Assembly: GCA_902578675.1 (NCBI GenBank)
Contig: CACHDV010000001.1
Coordinates: 24,065-88,064 of the forward strand
Source: an uncultured Alphaproteobacteria bacterium
Lineage (GTDB): Bacteria; Pseudomonadota; Alphaproteobacteria; Thalassobaculales; Thalassobaculaceae
DNA length: 64,000 bases
Direction of reading: 5' to 3'
Notes under the pieces: model-generated
Seen by the model: only the letters and a program-made list of their open reading frames with translations
Databases searched by the model: none
What the model was told of the DNA's origin: nothing
Translations under genes and position numbers: made by a program
Shown here: piece by piece, positions 1-9,518 of the stretch
How the letters are laid out: each line of letters begins with the position of its first letter
How positions within the stretch are numbered: position 1 is the stretch's first letter

Positions 1-37
1 AACCTCAAATTGGTGTAGGGCAGTTAAAAAACAGTAA

Positions 38-1078
38 TCAAAGATCTACCGATTTGCTAATTCCAGCAGAGGCAAACGTAGCCATACCAGTATGGCAACC
101 GACAGCTGCTTTTAAAATTCCAATAGCTAATGTAGCTCCCGACGCCTCACCCAAGCGTAATCCAAGGTCTAGCATCGGCTCCTTACGCATCAATTCTAAA
201 AGCCTAGAGTGTCCGGGCTCAACCGAGTGGTGGGCCACTAGACAATGGTCCACAGTTGTTGGATCGATGGCAAATAAAACAGAAGCAGAGGCGGTACAGG
301 CAAATCCATCCAATATAACTGGCACACGAGCTAATCTTGCAGCAATGATAGCGCCCACTATTGCAGCAAGTTCTAAACCGCCCAAAGCGGCAAACAAACT
401 TAATGGATCTTTTGTTTTAGCTAAATGGAGCTCCACTGCTTTTTGAACTATCTCTATTTTTCTTTCTAAAGTCTCAGAATTTATCCCTGTTCCACGGCCC
501 ACCCAATCTTTCGCAGTTCCCCCAAAGAGAGCCATTGAAATTGCTGCAGCAGACGTGGTATTCCCAATTCCCATTTCTCCTAGGCAAATAATATCAAACC
601 CAGGCTCTATTGCCATCATCCCATAAGCCATAGCTCGAACGCATTCTTCTTCAGTCATTGCGGGTTCTTGTGTGAAATCTGAGGTTGGATGTTCCAAACC
701 AAGCTCGTAAACACGCAAATCGGCGTCAAATGTTTTACACAGCTGGTTAACGGCTGCACCACCTTCAACAAAGTTTTTGACCATTTCACTAGTAACCGAA
801 CTTGGAAAAGCAGAAACCTGATACTTTGCTATACCATGATTGCCCGCGAAAACTGATGTGCGAGGATGGTTGAGCCTCGGAGGGTATTCGGCTTGCCATG
901 AAGCCAACCACTCTACAAGATCTTCCAATTTCCCAAGTGATCCCAATGGCTTTGTTAATTGTGCATTGTGCAAAGCAGCTTTTTTAGCACTTTCTAAATC
1001 CGGTCCAGGTAATTCCTTGATAAGGTCACGCACCTCCTGTAGAGATGAAATAGCTGATTTATGCGTAGCGTCTCCCAT
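38..1078 (-). CDS. cobT: Nicotinate-nucleotide--dimethylbenzimidazole phosphoribosyltransferase (CobT)
   Basis: 346-aa ORF with LTKPLGSLGKLEDL and CLGEMGIGNTTSAAA motifs typical of the CobT family. Divergent from cobS. Confidence 0.93.
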   Translation of the reverse strand: MGDATHKSAISSLQEVRDLIKELPGPDLESAKKAALHNAQLTKPLGSLGKLEDLVEWLASWQAEYPPRLNHPRTSVFAGNHGIAKYQVSAFPSSVTSEMVKNFVEGGAAVNQLCKTFDADLRVYELGLEHPTSDFTQEPAMTEEECVRAMAYGMMAIEPGFDIICLGEMGIGNTTSAAAISMALFGGTAKDWVGRGTGINSETLERKIEIVQKAVELHLAKTKDPLSLFAALGGLELAAIVGAIIAARLARVPVILDGFACTASASVLFAIDPTTVDHCLVAHHSVEPGHSRLLELMRKEPMLDLGLRLGEASGATLAIGILKAAVGCHTGMATFASAGISKSVDL

Positions 1079-1170
1079 ACGGAACTTGCCTCTTTTATAT
1101 GGTGGTTTGTAAATAAAAACGTTGAGGCTCTATACCGCGTAATGGTCTTTTTGGGAAGTTCCGTTTGCTC

Positions 1171-1962
1171 ATGCTCGGTAAATTATTTCGCAAAATTCAT
1201 TTTTCTAAATGTCTGGAAGATATTCATTTAGCACTTACCTTTTTTACGAGAATTCCCACTCATTTCATCACTAAGTATGATCGTACTTTAATGCAGGCTT
1301 GCTGGTGTTTTCCGTTGATCGGCGCCGGCATAGGGTTAGCCGGGGGTGCTTTCTTTTACCTCTTACTTGTCGTTCAGATTCCGATAGCGATATCGGCAGT
1401 TATGGCTATCTGTTTCATAGTAATTCTCACTGGGGCTCTTCACGAGGACGGACTCGCGGATACGGCAGATGGCCTTGGAGGAGGTAACGATAAGGAATCA
1501 AAAATAGAGAAAATGAGAGATAGCAAGATAGGTTCCTACGGGGTATTAGCGATTTTATTAATTACCCTTATTAAATGGAATGCGATAATCACTCTGGCTA
1601 CTGGGAAACCCTACGAAATTGCAATTCTTTCTATCATTTGCGCCCATTCATTATCTCGTTTTTCTATAATTGTTATCCCATATTTTTCTATCCCAGCATC
1701 TGACAAAGGCCTTGCTCGATACGCAGGCAAACCGGAAACTCGAGGGGTTATAGGTGGCTTTTTATTCACATCTCTTTTAATTTTTTTACTACTTCCTTTT
1801 GACCAGGCGATCCTTTCTGCTGTTTTAGCAATATTGGTTGCTGGTGCCGTCGGCCTACTAGCCAACTCTCAGATTAAAGGCTATACCGGCGATATTCTAG
1901 GTGCAGCTCAACAAGTTTCTGAAGCAACAGTACTTGTCTATCTTGCCAGTAGCAGTAGCTAG
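1171..1962 (+). CDS. cobS: Adenosylcobinamide-GDP ribazoletransferase (cobalamin synthase CobS)
   Basis: Multi-TM ORF with FFTRIP and LHEDGLADTADGLGGG motifs of CobS. The ORF opens at TTG 1165 and the first ATG is at 1171, so the start is uncertain by 2 codons. Confidence 0.9.
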   Translation: MLGKLFRKIHFSKCLEDIHLALTFFTRIPTHFITKYDRTLMQACWCFPLIGAGIGLAGGAFFYLLLVVQIPIAISAVMAICFIVILTGALHEDGLADTADGLGGGNDKESKIEKMRDSKIGSYGVLAILLITLIKWNAIITLATGKPYEIAILSIICAHSLSRFSIIVIPYFSIPASDKGLARYAGKPETRGVIGGFLFTSLLIFLLLPFDQAILSAVLAILVAGAVGLLANSQIKGYTGDILGAAQQVSEATVLVYLASSSS

Positions 1963-1983
1963 GAAACAAAGCAAGGAGAAGGT

Positions 1984-2616
1984 ATGCTCGAGACACGGTG
2001 GCATCTAATACGACACGCGCCAGTAGACAACCCTGAAGGAAGAATATACGGCTCGTCTGATAAATCAGCAAATACCTCCAATGCAAATGCTTTTCAGCTA
2101 CTTGCTCAAAGATTACCAAGAGAAGGTATTGCGATTACAAGCCATTTAAGAAGGACCCAACAAACACTAGACGCGCTAATTAGCGGCGGACTTGAAGTAT
2201 CCGAACAAATTATCGAGAATAGATTAGGGGAACAAGATTTTGGTGATTGGACCGGAAAGACATATGAGGAAGTTCGGTCTCTTTTTGGTGACGCCTACGA
2301 CAAGTTTTGGATAACCCCAGCAAAAGAAAAACCTCCTAACGGCGAAAGTTTTATACAAGTGATCGACAGAGTAAGAGAATGCATTCTGGATTGTACGAAA
2401 AAATTTACGGGCAGAGATGTGATTTGTATTTCTCACGGAGGTGTTATTCGAGCCGCTCTGACGATAGCACTCAGAATAGAAGCAGAAAGAGCTCTCTCCA
2501 TCTCAGTCGACAATCTATCAACTACAATAATTGATTATCTGCATCCTTGTGAAAACTTTGCTGGGACATGGCGGGTTAGGTGTACAAACGTTCCTGCTAT
2601 TCAAGAGATTTTTTAG
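1984..2616 (+). CDS. cobC: Histidine phosphatase family protein, probable alpha-ribazole phosphatase (CobC-like)
   Basis: 210 aa with N-terminal WHLIRHAP (variant of the RHG motif) and ISHGGVIRA late motif. Sits 21 nt downstream of cobS. The function is inferred from this context. Confidence 0.7.
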   Translation: MLETRWHLIRHAPVDNPEGRIYGSSDKSANTSNANAFQLLAQRLPREGIAITSHLRRTQQTLDALISGGLEVSEQIIENRLGEQDFGDWTGKTYEEVRSLFGDAYDKFWITPAKEKPPNGESFIQVIDRVRECILDCTKKFTGRDVICISHGGVIRAALTIALRIEAERALSISVDNLSTTIIDYLHPCENFAGTWRVRCTNVPAIQEIF

Positions 2617-2641
2617 TTTACCATTCTAGAGAGAAAATGCT

Positions 2642-3235
2642 TTGACTGTTCGGTCCTTTAAGTTGTTAGTTTTTATTCTCTCCCTAATACTCATTGTATT
2701 AATTGCTTCGGGGGCATGGTTGTTCGTTCGGCAGAGTGATGAACGGCAAAAAGGGTCAGACCTCGTTGGAGGTTCGTTTGAATTGGTAGATCAGGACAGA
2801 AACAACATTACCAACAACTCATTTCCAAACAAGTTTAAAATTATTTACTTTGGTTTTACCTTTTGCCCTGATGTCTGTCCGATGGGTCTCACAACTATAA
2901 GTGAGGCATTGGACTCACTCGGCACGAAAGCAAAGCATATACAACCGATTTTTATAACCCTTGATCCTTTAAGGGATACTGCCGAAGTCCTGAAAAGCTA
3001 TAAAGAGAATTTTCACGAAAGCATTATTTTCTTAACAGGGTCGGAGGAGGAAATTCGTTCTGTAGCAAAACTTTACAAGGTCTATTTTCGAAAGACTAAT
3101 GATGCTGATGACTATCTTATCGATCACTCCGCCATTACCTTTATAATGGCTCCTTCTGGAGGTTACCTAAAGCATTTTGGGCCTAATGCTACCGCCGTAG
3201 AATTTTCAAATTTCTTTAATTCTATTTTAAAGTAG
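2642..3235 (+). CDS. SCO1/SenC family copper chaperone (thioredoxin fold, membrane anchored)
   Basis: N-terminal TM helix, FGFTFCPDVCP (CxxxC) and downstream DHS motif typical of SCO1/SenC. TTG start at 2642. Confidence 0.88.
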   Translation: MTVRSFKLLVFILSLILIVLIASGAWLFVRQSDERQKGSDLVGGSFELVDQDRNNITNNSFPNKFKIIYFGFTFCPDVCPMGLTTISEALDSLGTKAKHIQPIFITLDPLRDTAEVLKSYKENFHESIIFLTGSEEEIRSVAKLYKVYFRKTNDADDYLIDHSAITFIMAPSGGYLKHFGPNATAVEFSNFFNSILK

Positions 3236-3291
3236 TGTTATCGTAAATTAACTCACAAGAGCTTCTCTATACTTTAAGAGGGAACTTAGTT

Positions 3292-3561
3292 ATGGATGAT
3301 GACACCAAAGTTTTTGGCAGAGTTATGAGACTTCCCGGGTTTGACGGAATGATAGCCGAAAGAGGCCCTATTCATTTAGTATCAGATAGCGGGGAGGAAT
3401 ACCTCTTAATTGCTGCCCTACCAGATGTGCCCGGAGACGTTGAAACGCTAGCCCTAGAATGCGAAGAAACGTTTGCACCATATATTGGTAAAGACTTGCA
3501 CATGTCAGGAAGAATTTTAGGGTCAATACTTTGGAATGCAAAACTTTTTGAATTTGAATGA
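3292..3561 (+). CDS. Hypothetical small acidic protein (89 aa)
   Basis: Only sizeable ORF in the gap between SCO1 and the mutS 3' end. ATG start preceded by agaggga. No family recognised. Confidence 0.45.
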   Translation: MDDDTKVFGRVMRLPGFDGMIAERGPIHLVSDSGEEYLLIAALPDVPGDVETLALECEETFAPYIGKDLHMSGRILGSILWNAKLFEFE

Positions 3562-3564
3562 TAC

Positions 3565-6273
3565 TTACTCATCCACCAATGCCTTTAACTCATAAACTAT
3601 ATCAAGAGCGTCTTTAGGAGATAAATTATCAGGCATAATTTTTGATAAATATTCCTCCAATTTACTACCGTTTTTTGTTACGCTAGTACTTTCTTGGGTA
3701 ATGTTACTAAACAGAGGCAGGTCCTCTGCTAAAGAGTTAATAGCCCGGGACTTTTCACCCTTTTCAAGTTCTCTCAGAACTACTTTTGCTCTGTTTATGA
3801 CGTTTTCTGGCAGGCCAGCTAATTTAGCGACGTGGGTACCATACGAACGGTGAGCCACGCCTTCTACAACCTCGTGAAGAAAAATAATATCGTCATTCCA
3901 CTCTTTTATTTTCATGGAATAGCACCTCATTGCATCAAGAGTTGACGAAAGATTCGTTAGTTCGTGATAATGAGTTGCAAACAGCGTTCTACATCGGACG
4001 ACATGGTGCAAATGTTCCACCGTTGCCCACGCTATAGACAAACCATCAAACGTAGCCGTGCCCCGACCAATTTCGTCTAGAATAACAAATGATTTTTCTG
4101 TCGCCTGATTTAATATGGAAGCTGTTTCAACCATTTCAACCATAAAAGTCGACAGTCCGCGCGCTAAGTCATCTGCGGCTCCAACTCTACTAAATAGACG
4201 ATCTATGACACCTATTTTAGCATACGAAGCTGGCACGTAGGATCCCAGCTGCGCCATCAAAATGATCAATGCATTCTGGCGCAGGAAAGTGCTCTTTCCT
4301 GCCATATTTGGACCCGTTAATAGCCAGAGCCTATTTTCTGCTTTTAATTCACACGAGTTTGGAATGAAGTGCTCACCGTCCTTGCAAAAAGCCTCTACGA
4401 CAGGATGTCGACCCTCGATAATTTCAAACTCCTTTCCAGTAGTAATAATTGGACGAACATATCCATGCTCTAAAGCTAATTTTGCAAGGCTTAAAAATAC
4501 ATCAATTTCAGCTATAGCGAATGCTGATGCCAGAATTCTCTCATGATGAATTAAAACTTCGCTTCGTAGTTTATTAAAGCACTCTTCCTCTATACCTAAA
4601 GATTTCTGAGAAGACTGGTTAATATCTCGCTCTAATTCTGAGAGTTCAACCGTTGTAAACCGCGCAGAATTAGCCATTGTTTGTCTATGAATAAAGGTTG
4701 GGTGTGACATCAATTTGTCTGCATGCAGAGATGTTACCTCAACAAAAAAACCAAGAATGTTATTATGCTTTATCTTTATAGAATTAATTTCCATCTCTTC
4801 TGCATATCTCTGCTGAAGGGCAACGATGAGACCTCTGCTTTCGTCTTTTAGATTTCTCAACCTATCAAGCTCTGCATTGAAGCCGGGAGCGATGTACCCA
4901 CCATCACGAATTAAAATTGGCGGGTCATCAGCAAGGGCCTTCTCCAAAATTTCAACCAGAGAACAATATCCGTCTAAATCCTGAATATGCCTCTTGAATT
5001 CATCTTTAATACGAGATAGCCCGACATTCTCCGTCAATAACTCTGCCTTGATTATATCTGTTTTAGAAAGTGCATTCCTTATGGCGATCAGGTCTCTTGG
5101 TCCCGCCCGGTCCGCGCTAAGCCTGGACAACGCTCTCTCCATATCGGGGACTGTTCTAATAATATCTCTTAGAGAACCTAACAAAACTTCATTTTCATAA
5201 AAACAAGAGATGGCATCTAAGCGTTTATTTATAACCATAGGATTTTTGGATGGCGCTGATATCCAAGTCAATAATAGGCGAGACCCCGCACTGGTGAGCG
5301 TCTTATCTATTGTTGCCAATAATGAACCCTTTTTTGAGCCTCCTATTGTTCTGATTATTTCTAGGTTGTTACGAGTAGCACCATCTATCTCAAGAGCTTC
5401 ACTAGCACTCCATTTTTGCGGTAATGATAACTTTGGGATCTTTCCCTGTTGCGTTAGTTCAATATATTCTACCAGAGCACCTGCGGCCGATATCTCTGCT
5501 CTGGAAAAAGTCCCGAAGGAATCTAGAGATTTTACTCCATAGATTTTTTGTAAGCGTCTCCCACCATTCATACTGTCAAAAAAAGAATATGCTAATGGCG
5601 TAAGCAGCTCCTTCCAGTCGACCAGCTGAGATTGAATGTATTTTTCTTCCTCCAGTTTTTGAACAATCAAATCTGAAATCAAAATTTCAGTTGGTTGTAT
5701 TCTTGAAAGAGCAGTTCCTAAATCTTCAACACAACATTTTTGAGTTTGAAAAGCTCCAGTAGAAATATCTACCCAAGCTAGACCCACAACGTCCTGGACA
5801 AAACTCAGACTCGTTAGAAAATTATTTTGTGTCGCTTCAAGAAGACTGTCCTCTGTGACGGTTCCAGGGGTAACTATCCTCACCACCTCTCGTTTCACTA
5901 CGGACTTGCTACCTCTTTTACGAGCCTCTTCTGGTTTTTCTACTTGTTCACAAACAGCTACTTTGAAGCCCTTACGGATTAGCCGTGCTAAATACACATC
6001 CGCTGCATGAACAGGAACACCGCACATCGGGATTTCTTTGTTATCCTTCTTTCCCCTTTTCGTCAGAGTAATATCAAGCGCATCAGAGGCCACTTTGGCA
6101 TCTTCGAAAAACAATTCGTAAAAATCACCCATTCTGTAGAATAGCAAATAATTGCTATGGGCTCTTTTTATTTCAATATACTGAGCTAACATTGGAGTAA
6201 GGCTCCCAATGCTTTTCTCAGCGGCAGGACTCTCATGTTTTTCTTTTAATTTTACCTCAATATTTTCGTTCAA
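3565..6273 (-). CDS. mutS: DNA mismatch repair protein MutS
   Basis: 902 aa with N-terminal TPMLAQY..GDFYELF mismatch-binding region and Walker A GPNMAGKSTFLRQ. The DE..GRGT and HYHEL motifs are also present. Confidence 0.97.
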   Translation of the reverse strand: MNENIEVKLKEKHESPAAEKSIGSLTPMLAQYIEIKRAHSNYLLFYRMGDFYELFFEDAKVASDALDITLTKRGKKDNKEIPMCGVPVHAADVYLARLIRKGFKVAVCEQVEKPEEARKRGSKSVVKREVVRIVTPGTVTEDSLLEATQNNFLTSLSFVQDVVGLAWVDISTGAFQTQKCCVEDLGTALSRIQPTEILISDLIVQKLEEEKYIQSQLVDWKELLTPLAYSFFDSMNGGRRLQKIYGVKSLDSFGTFSRAEISAAGALVEYIELTQQGKIPKLSLPQKWSASEALEIDGATRNNLEIIRTIGGSKKGSLLATIDKTLTSAGSRLLLTWISAPSKNPMVINKRLDAISCFYENEVLLGSLRDIIRTVPDMERALSRLSADRAGPRDLIAIRNALSKTDIIKAELLTENVGLSRIKDEFKRHIQDLDGYCSLVEILEKALADDPPILIRDGGYIAPGFNAELDRLRNLKDESRGLIVALQQRYAEEMEINSIKIKHNNILGFFVEVTSLHADKLMSHPTFIHRQTMANSARFTTVELSELERDINQSSQKSLGIEEECFNKLRSEVLIHHERILASAFAIAEIDVFLSLAKLALEHGYVRPIITTGKEFEIIEGRHPVVEAFCKDGEHFIPNSCELKAENRLWLLTGPNMAGKSTFLRQNALIILMAQLGSYVPASYAKIGVIDRLFSRVGAADDLARGLSTFMVEMVETASILNQATEKSFVILDEIGRGTATFDGLSIAWATVEHLHHVVRCRTLFATHYHELTNLSSTLDAMRCYSMKIKEWNDDIIFLHEVVEGVAHRSYGTHVAKLAGLPENVINRAKVVLRELEKGEKSRAINSLAEDLPLFSNITQESTSVTKNGSKLEEYLSKIMPDNLSPKDALDIVYELKALVDE

Positions 6274-6483
6274 TTTTCAATCTCTTGAAACAAATGACTC
6301 GTAAATTATTTCTACATTCGTTTTAGTGTCACTGTACAATTTTTTTTTGCTGTAATTTTTCAATTACCTTGCAGTAGTTAATACTAATTTCACCAATTAC
6401 TTTCGCTATTCGCTCAAAGCCGCTAACATATTCAACCAACTTTTAGGAATACATTGGCAGTTTGCTGGAGGAGGCCTCGTATC

Positions 6484-8748
6484 ATGGTAGGAGCTAGTAA
6501 AATAAGTGATCAAGATGCTCTCGATTTTCATGCCCAAGGAAAGCCTGGAAAGCTTGAAATGGCGCCAACTAAGAGTTTAACGACACAAAGAGACCTATCT
6601 CTTGCATATTCTCCGGGCGTTGCTGTTCCGTGCTTAGAAATCGAGAAGGATCCATCAACGGCCTACGACTATACCTCAAAAGGCAATATGGTTGCGGTTA
6701 TTTCGAATGGCACGGCCGTACTCGGCTTAGGCAATATTGGCGCTCTGGCAGCTAAGCCTGTCATGGAGGGGAAAGCAGTTCTTTTTAAAAAGTTCGCTGA
6801 TATCGACGGAATAGATCTCGAGGTCGATACTGAAGACGTAGAGGAATTTTTTAATAGTGTCCGAGTTCTTGGAAAATCTTTTGGAGGTATAAATCTGGAA
6901 GATATTAAAGCGCCAGAATGTTTCATTATAGAACAAAAATTAAAGGAAAGCCTTGATATACCTGTTTTTCACGATGACCAACATGGAACAGCTATCATTT
7001 CCCTCGCTGGTTTATTGAACGCTCTTCACTTAACAAACAGAGACATAAGGAAAACTAAGGTTGTCGTCAATGGGGCCGGAGCAGCGGCCATTGCGGGTGT
7101 AGAATTATTTAAAACTCTGGGAATACCTCATAAAAATGTGATCATGTGCGATTCTAATGGTGTCGTGTATAAGGGTAGAAAAGAGGGCATGAATCAATGG
7201 AAATCAGCTCATGCGGTTGACACTGAATATCGCACTCTTGAAGAGGCCGCAGAAAATTCCGATGTGTTGATGGGTTTATCAATAAAGGGGGCCTTTTCCG
7301 AAAAAATAATTTCATCTATGGCAAAAGACCCAATAATTTTTGCGATGGCAAATCCAGACCCTGAGATAACACCGGAAGAAGTAAAGAAAATTCGGGCAGA
7401 CGCAATTATGGCTACAGGTCGTTCAGACTATCCTAACCAGGTAAACAATGTACTTGGTTTTCCATATATTTTTCGCGGTGCACTAGACGTGCGAGCTTCA
7501 GAGATAAATGATTCTATGAAGATTTCTGCGGCCCACGCTATCGCCCTTCTAGCAAGAGAAGATGTTCCAGATGAAGTCAGTGCAGCTTATGGAAAGAGCC
7601 TTCAATATGGGCGGGACTACATCATACCAGCCCCCTTTGATCCCAGACTTATCGTAAAAGTCTCTGCTGCCGTGGCAAAGGCAGCAATGGAAACAGGTGT
7701 CGCAAAAAAACCCATAGAAGATTTTGACAAATATGAGAGAGACCTCAGCGCAAGACTTAACCCAACAGCAAATAGTCTCAGCGGGATCTATGCGCGCATT
7801 CGGCAAGCCCCAAAACGAGTGGTATTTGCTGAGGGTGAAGAGGAACGCGTCATTCGGGCAGCTATATCCTTTATGAGCAGTGGGTATGGTCAACCTATAC
7901 TGATTGGAAGAGAAGATATTGTTCAAACTAGTATAAAACGCTTAGGACTATCCAGCCTTGATAATCTAGAAATCCACAACGCGCGCCTCTCTAAACATAA
8001 TGTTCAATATACCCAAACACTCTACCAACGCCTTCAGCGGAAGGGACATCTTTATCGAGATGTTCAACGAATGGTTAACCAAGACAGAAATGTGTTTGGT
8101 GCTTCGATGGTTGCGCATGGGCATGCAGACGCTATGGTTACCGGTCTAACACGCAGTTTTGGAGTGAACCACGAATACATTACACGGGTTTTGGATACCA
8201 AACCAGGACAACGACTAATGACCTGCAGTCTAGTTTTAACCCGCAATAACGCATTGTTTATAGCAGATACAAATATAACTGAAGTACCCGAACCTGAAGT
8301 TTTAGCCGATATAGCCGTGCAGACCGCAACCAAAGCGAAGGCATTCGGCTACGAACCGAGAGTGGCACTGGTATCATTCTCAAATTTTGGCTATCCGCAT
8401 CGCGAACATATGCAACGTATTCAAGAAGCTACTAAGATATTGGACCGTAGAAAGGTCGACTTCGAGTACGATGGCGAGATGGGCGTTGATGTAGCGCTAG
8501 ATATGTCGCTACGGAAAAATTATCCCTTTTGCCGATTATCTGGCCCTGCAAATATCCTGATAATGCCAGGGCTTCATGCGGCAAATATAAGCTACAAACT
8601 ACTACAGGCTGTGGGCGGCGGCACCATCATCGGACCAATGCTTCTTGGATTAGAAAAACCAGTGCAAATTGTTCAAATGAGTGCAACAGTGAATGATCTT
8701 GTTCAGGCAGCAGCAATAGCAGCACACGATACAATTTTAAACGATTAG
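6484..8748 (+). CDS. maeB: NADP-dependent malic enzyme (malic enzyme domain fused to PTA-like domain)
   Basis: About 750 aa with YSPGVA and VVVNGAGAAAIA Rossmann motifs, plus a C-terminal phosphate acetyltransferase-like half. The longest ORF starts at TTG 6454. ATG 6484 is preceded by ggaggagg and was chosen as the start. Confidence 0.95.
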   Translation: MVGASKISDQDALDFHAQGKPGKLEMAPTKSLTTQRDLSLAYSPGVAVPCLEIEKDPSTAYDYTSKGNMVAVISNGTAVLGLGNIGALAAKPVMEGKAVLFKKFADIDGIDLEVDTEDVEEFFNSVRVLGKSFGGINLEDIKAPECFIIEQKLKESLDIPVFHDDQHGTAIISLAGLLNALHLTNRDIRKTKVVVNGAGAAAIAGVELFKTLGIPHKNVIMCDSNGVVYKGRKEGMNQWKSAHAVDTEYRTLEEAAENSDVLMGLSIKGAFSEKIISSMAKDPIIFAMANPDPEITPEEVKKIRADAIMATGRSDYPNQVNNVLGFPYIFRGALDVRASEINDSMKISAAHAIALLAREDVPDEVSAAYGKSLQYGRDYIIPAPFDPRLIVKVSAAVAKAAMETGVAKKPIEDFDKYERDLSARLNPTANSLSGIYARIRQAPKRVVFAEGEEERVIRAAISFMSSGYGQPILIGREDIVQTSIKRLGLSSLDNLEIHNARLSKHNVQYTQTLYQRLQRKGHLYRDVQRMVNQDRNVFGASMVAHGHADAMVTGLTRSFGVNHEYITRVLDTKPGQRLMTCSLVLTRNNALFIADTNITEVPEPEVLADIAVQTATKAKAFGYEPRVALVSFSNFGYPHREHMQRIQEATKILDRRKVDFEYDGEMGVDVALDMSLRKNYPFCRLSGPANILIMPGLHAANISYKLLQAVGGGTIIGPMLLGLEKPVQIVQMSATVNDLVQAAAIAAHDTILND

Positions 8749-8820
8749 AATTTTCGCTTATCGGGCGTATCTAATTTTTTCCAGCGGCATAGGTATAACT
8801 GGGCAAAAATTTTAAACTAC

Positions 8821-9360
8821 CTAAGCATGACCTGATTCTGTTGATAAAAGCGCAGCGTTTACTCCCACTTTTTCGAGAGCTTTATCCCATTTTACATCTA
8901 CAACTTCATTAAAAATTAAATTGAGGTCTGCGTCTACACTTAGCCAGGCGTTCTCTTGCATTTCGTTATCAAGTTGTCCGGCTCCCCATCCTGAATAGCC
9001 AAGGGCAAAAAGACTATTATTAGGTCCTGTTCCGGCCGCCAATTCTTTAATGATTCCTAGTGATGCCGTCATTCCAATTTCATTATCTACCACTAGCGTA
9101 TCCCCAGCGTTATACTCCAAGCTATGTAAAATAAAGCCACGTCCTGTTTCAACAGGGCCACCGAAGTATACATCTTTAATTTCATTTTTTGTGTCGTGCG
9201 AAGCCGGAATTTCAAGCTGCTCTAGAATCTCTGAAAAGGAAGGCGAGTTCATTTTGTTGTTAATTATTAGCCCTAAGGCGCCGTCGGCATTGTGTGCACA
9301 AACATAGATTACCGATCGAACGAACCGAGGATCGCCCATTGTTGGCATTGCTATCAGCAA
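8821..9360 (-). CDS. YqgE/AlgH family protein (UPF0301)
   Basis: 179 aa with LIAMP..DPRF..SVIYVCAHN..GA.GLIIN and GYSGWGAGQL motifs of the AlgH/YqgE family. TTG start. Confidence 0.88.
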   Translation of the reverse strand: MLIAMPTMGDPRFVRSVIYVCAHNADGALGLIINNKMNSPSFSEILEQLEIPASHDTKNEIKDVYFGGPVETGRGFILHSLEYNAGDTLVVDNEIGMTASLGIIKELAAGTGPNNSLFALGYSGWGAGQLDNEMQENAWLSVDADLNLIFNEVVDVKWDKALEKVGVNAALLSTESGHA

Positions 9361-9518
9361 CTTCCCTGTTAAAAAGTAGTTTTCAATAGCTATGACAACT
9401 ATTCCTTTCTATGATTTAGTTACTATCTTACTTTAATAGCATCCTCGTAAATTCTAAACATTATTTTTCCTGGTTACAGAGAGATAGAATACAGTTTTGT
9501 GAAACATTAGTTGAGTTC

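Noticed and set aside
1079-1170. Possible cobalamin riboswitch in the cobT/cobS divergent spacer.
   Set aside because: The spacer is only about 90 nt, far shorter than a cobalamin riboswitch aptamer plus expression platform, and no B12-box-like core was visible.
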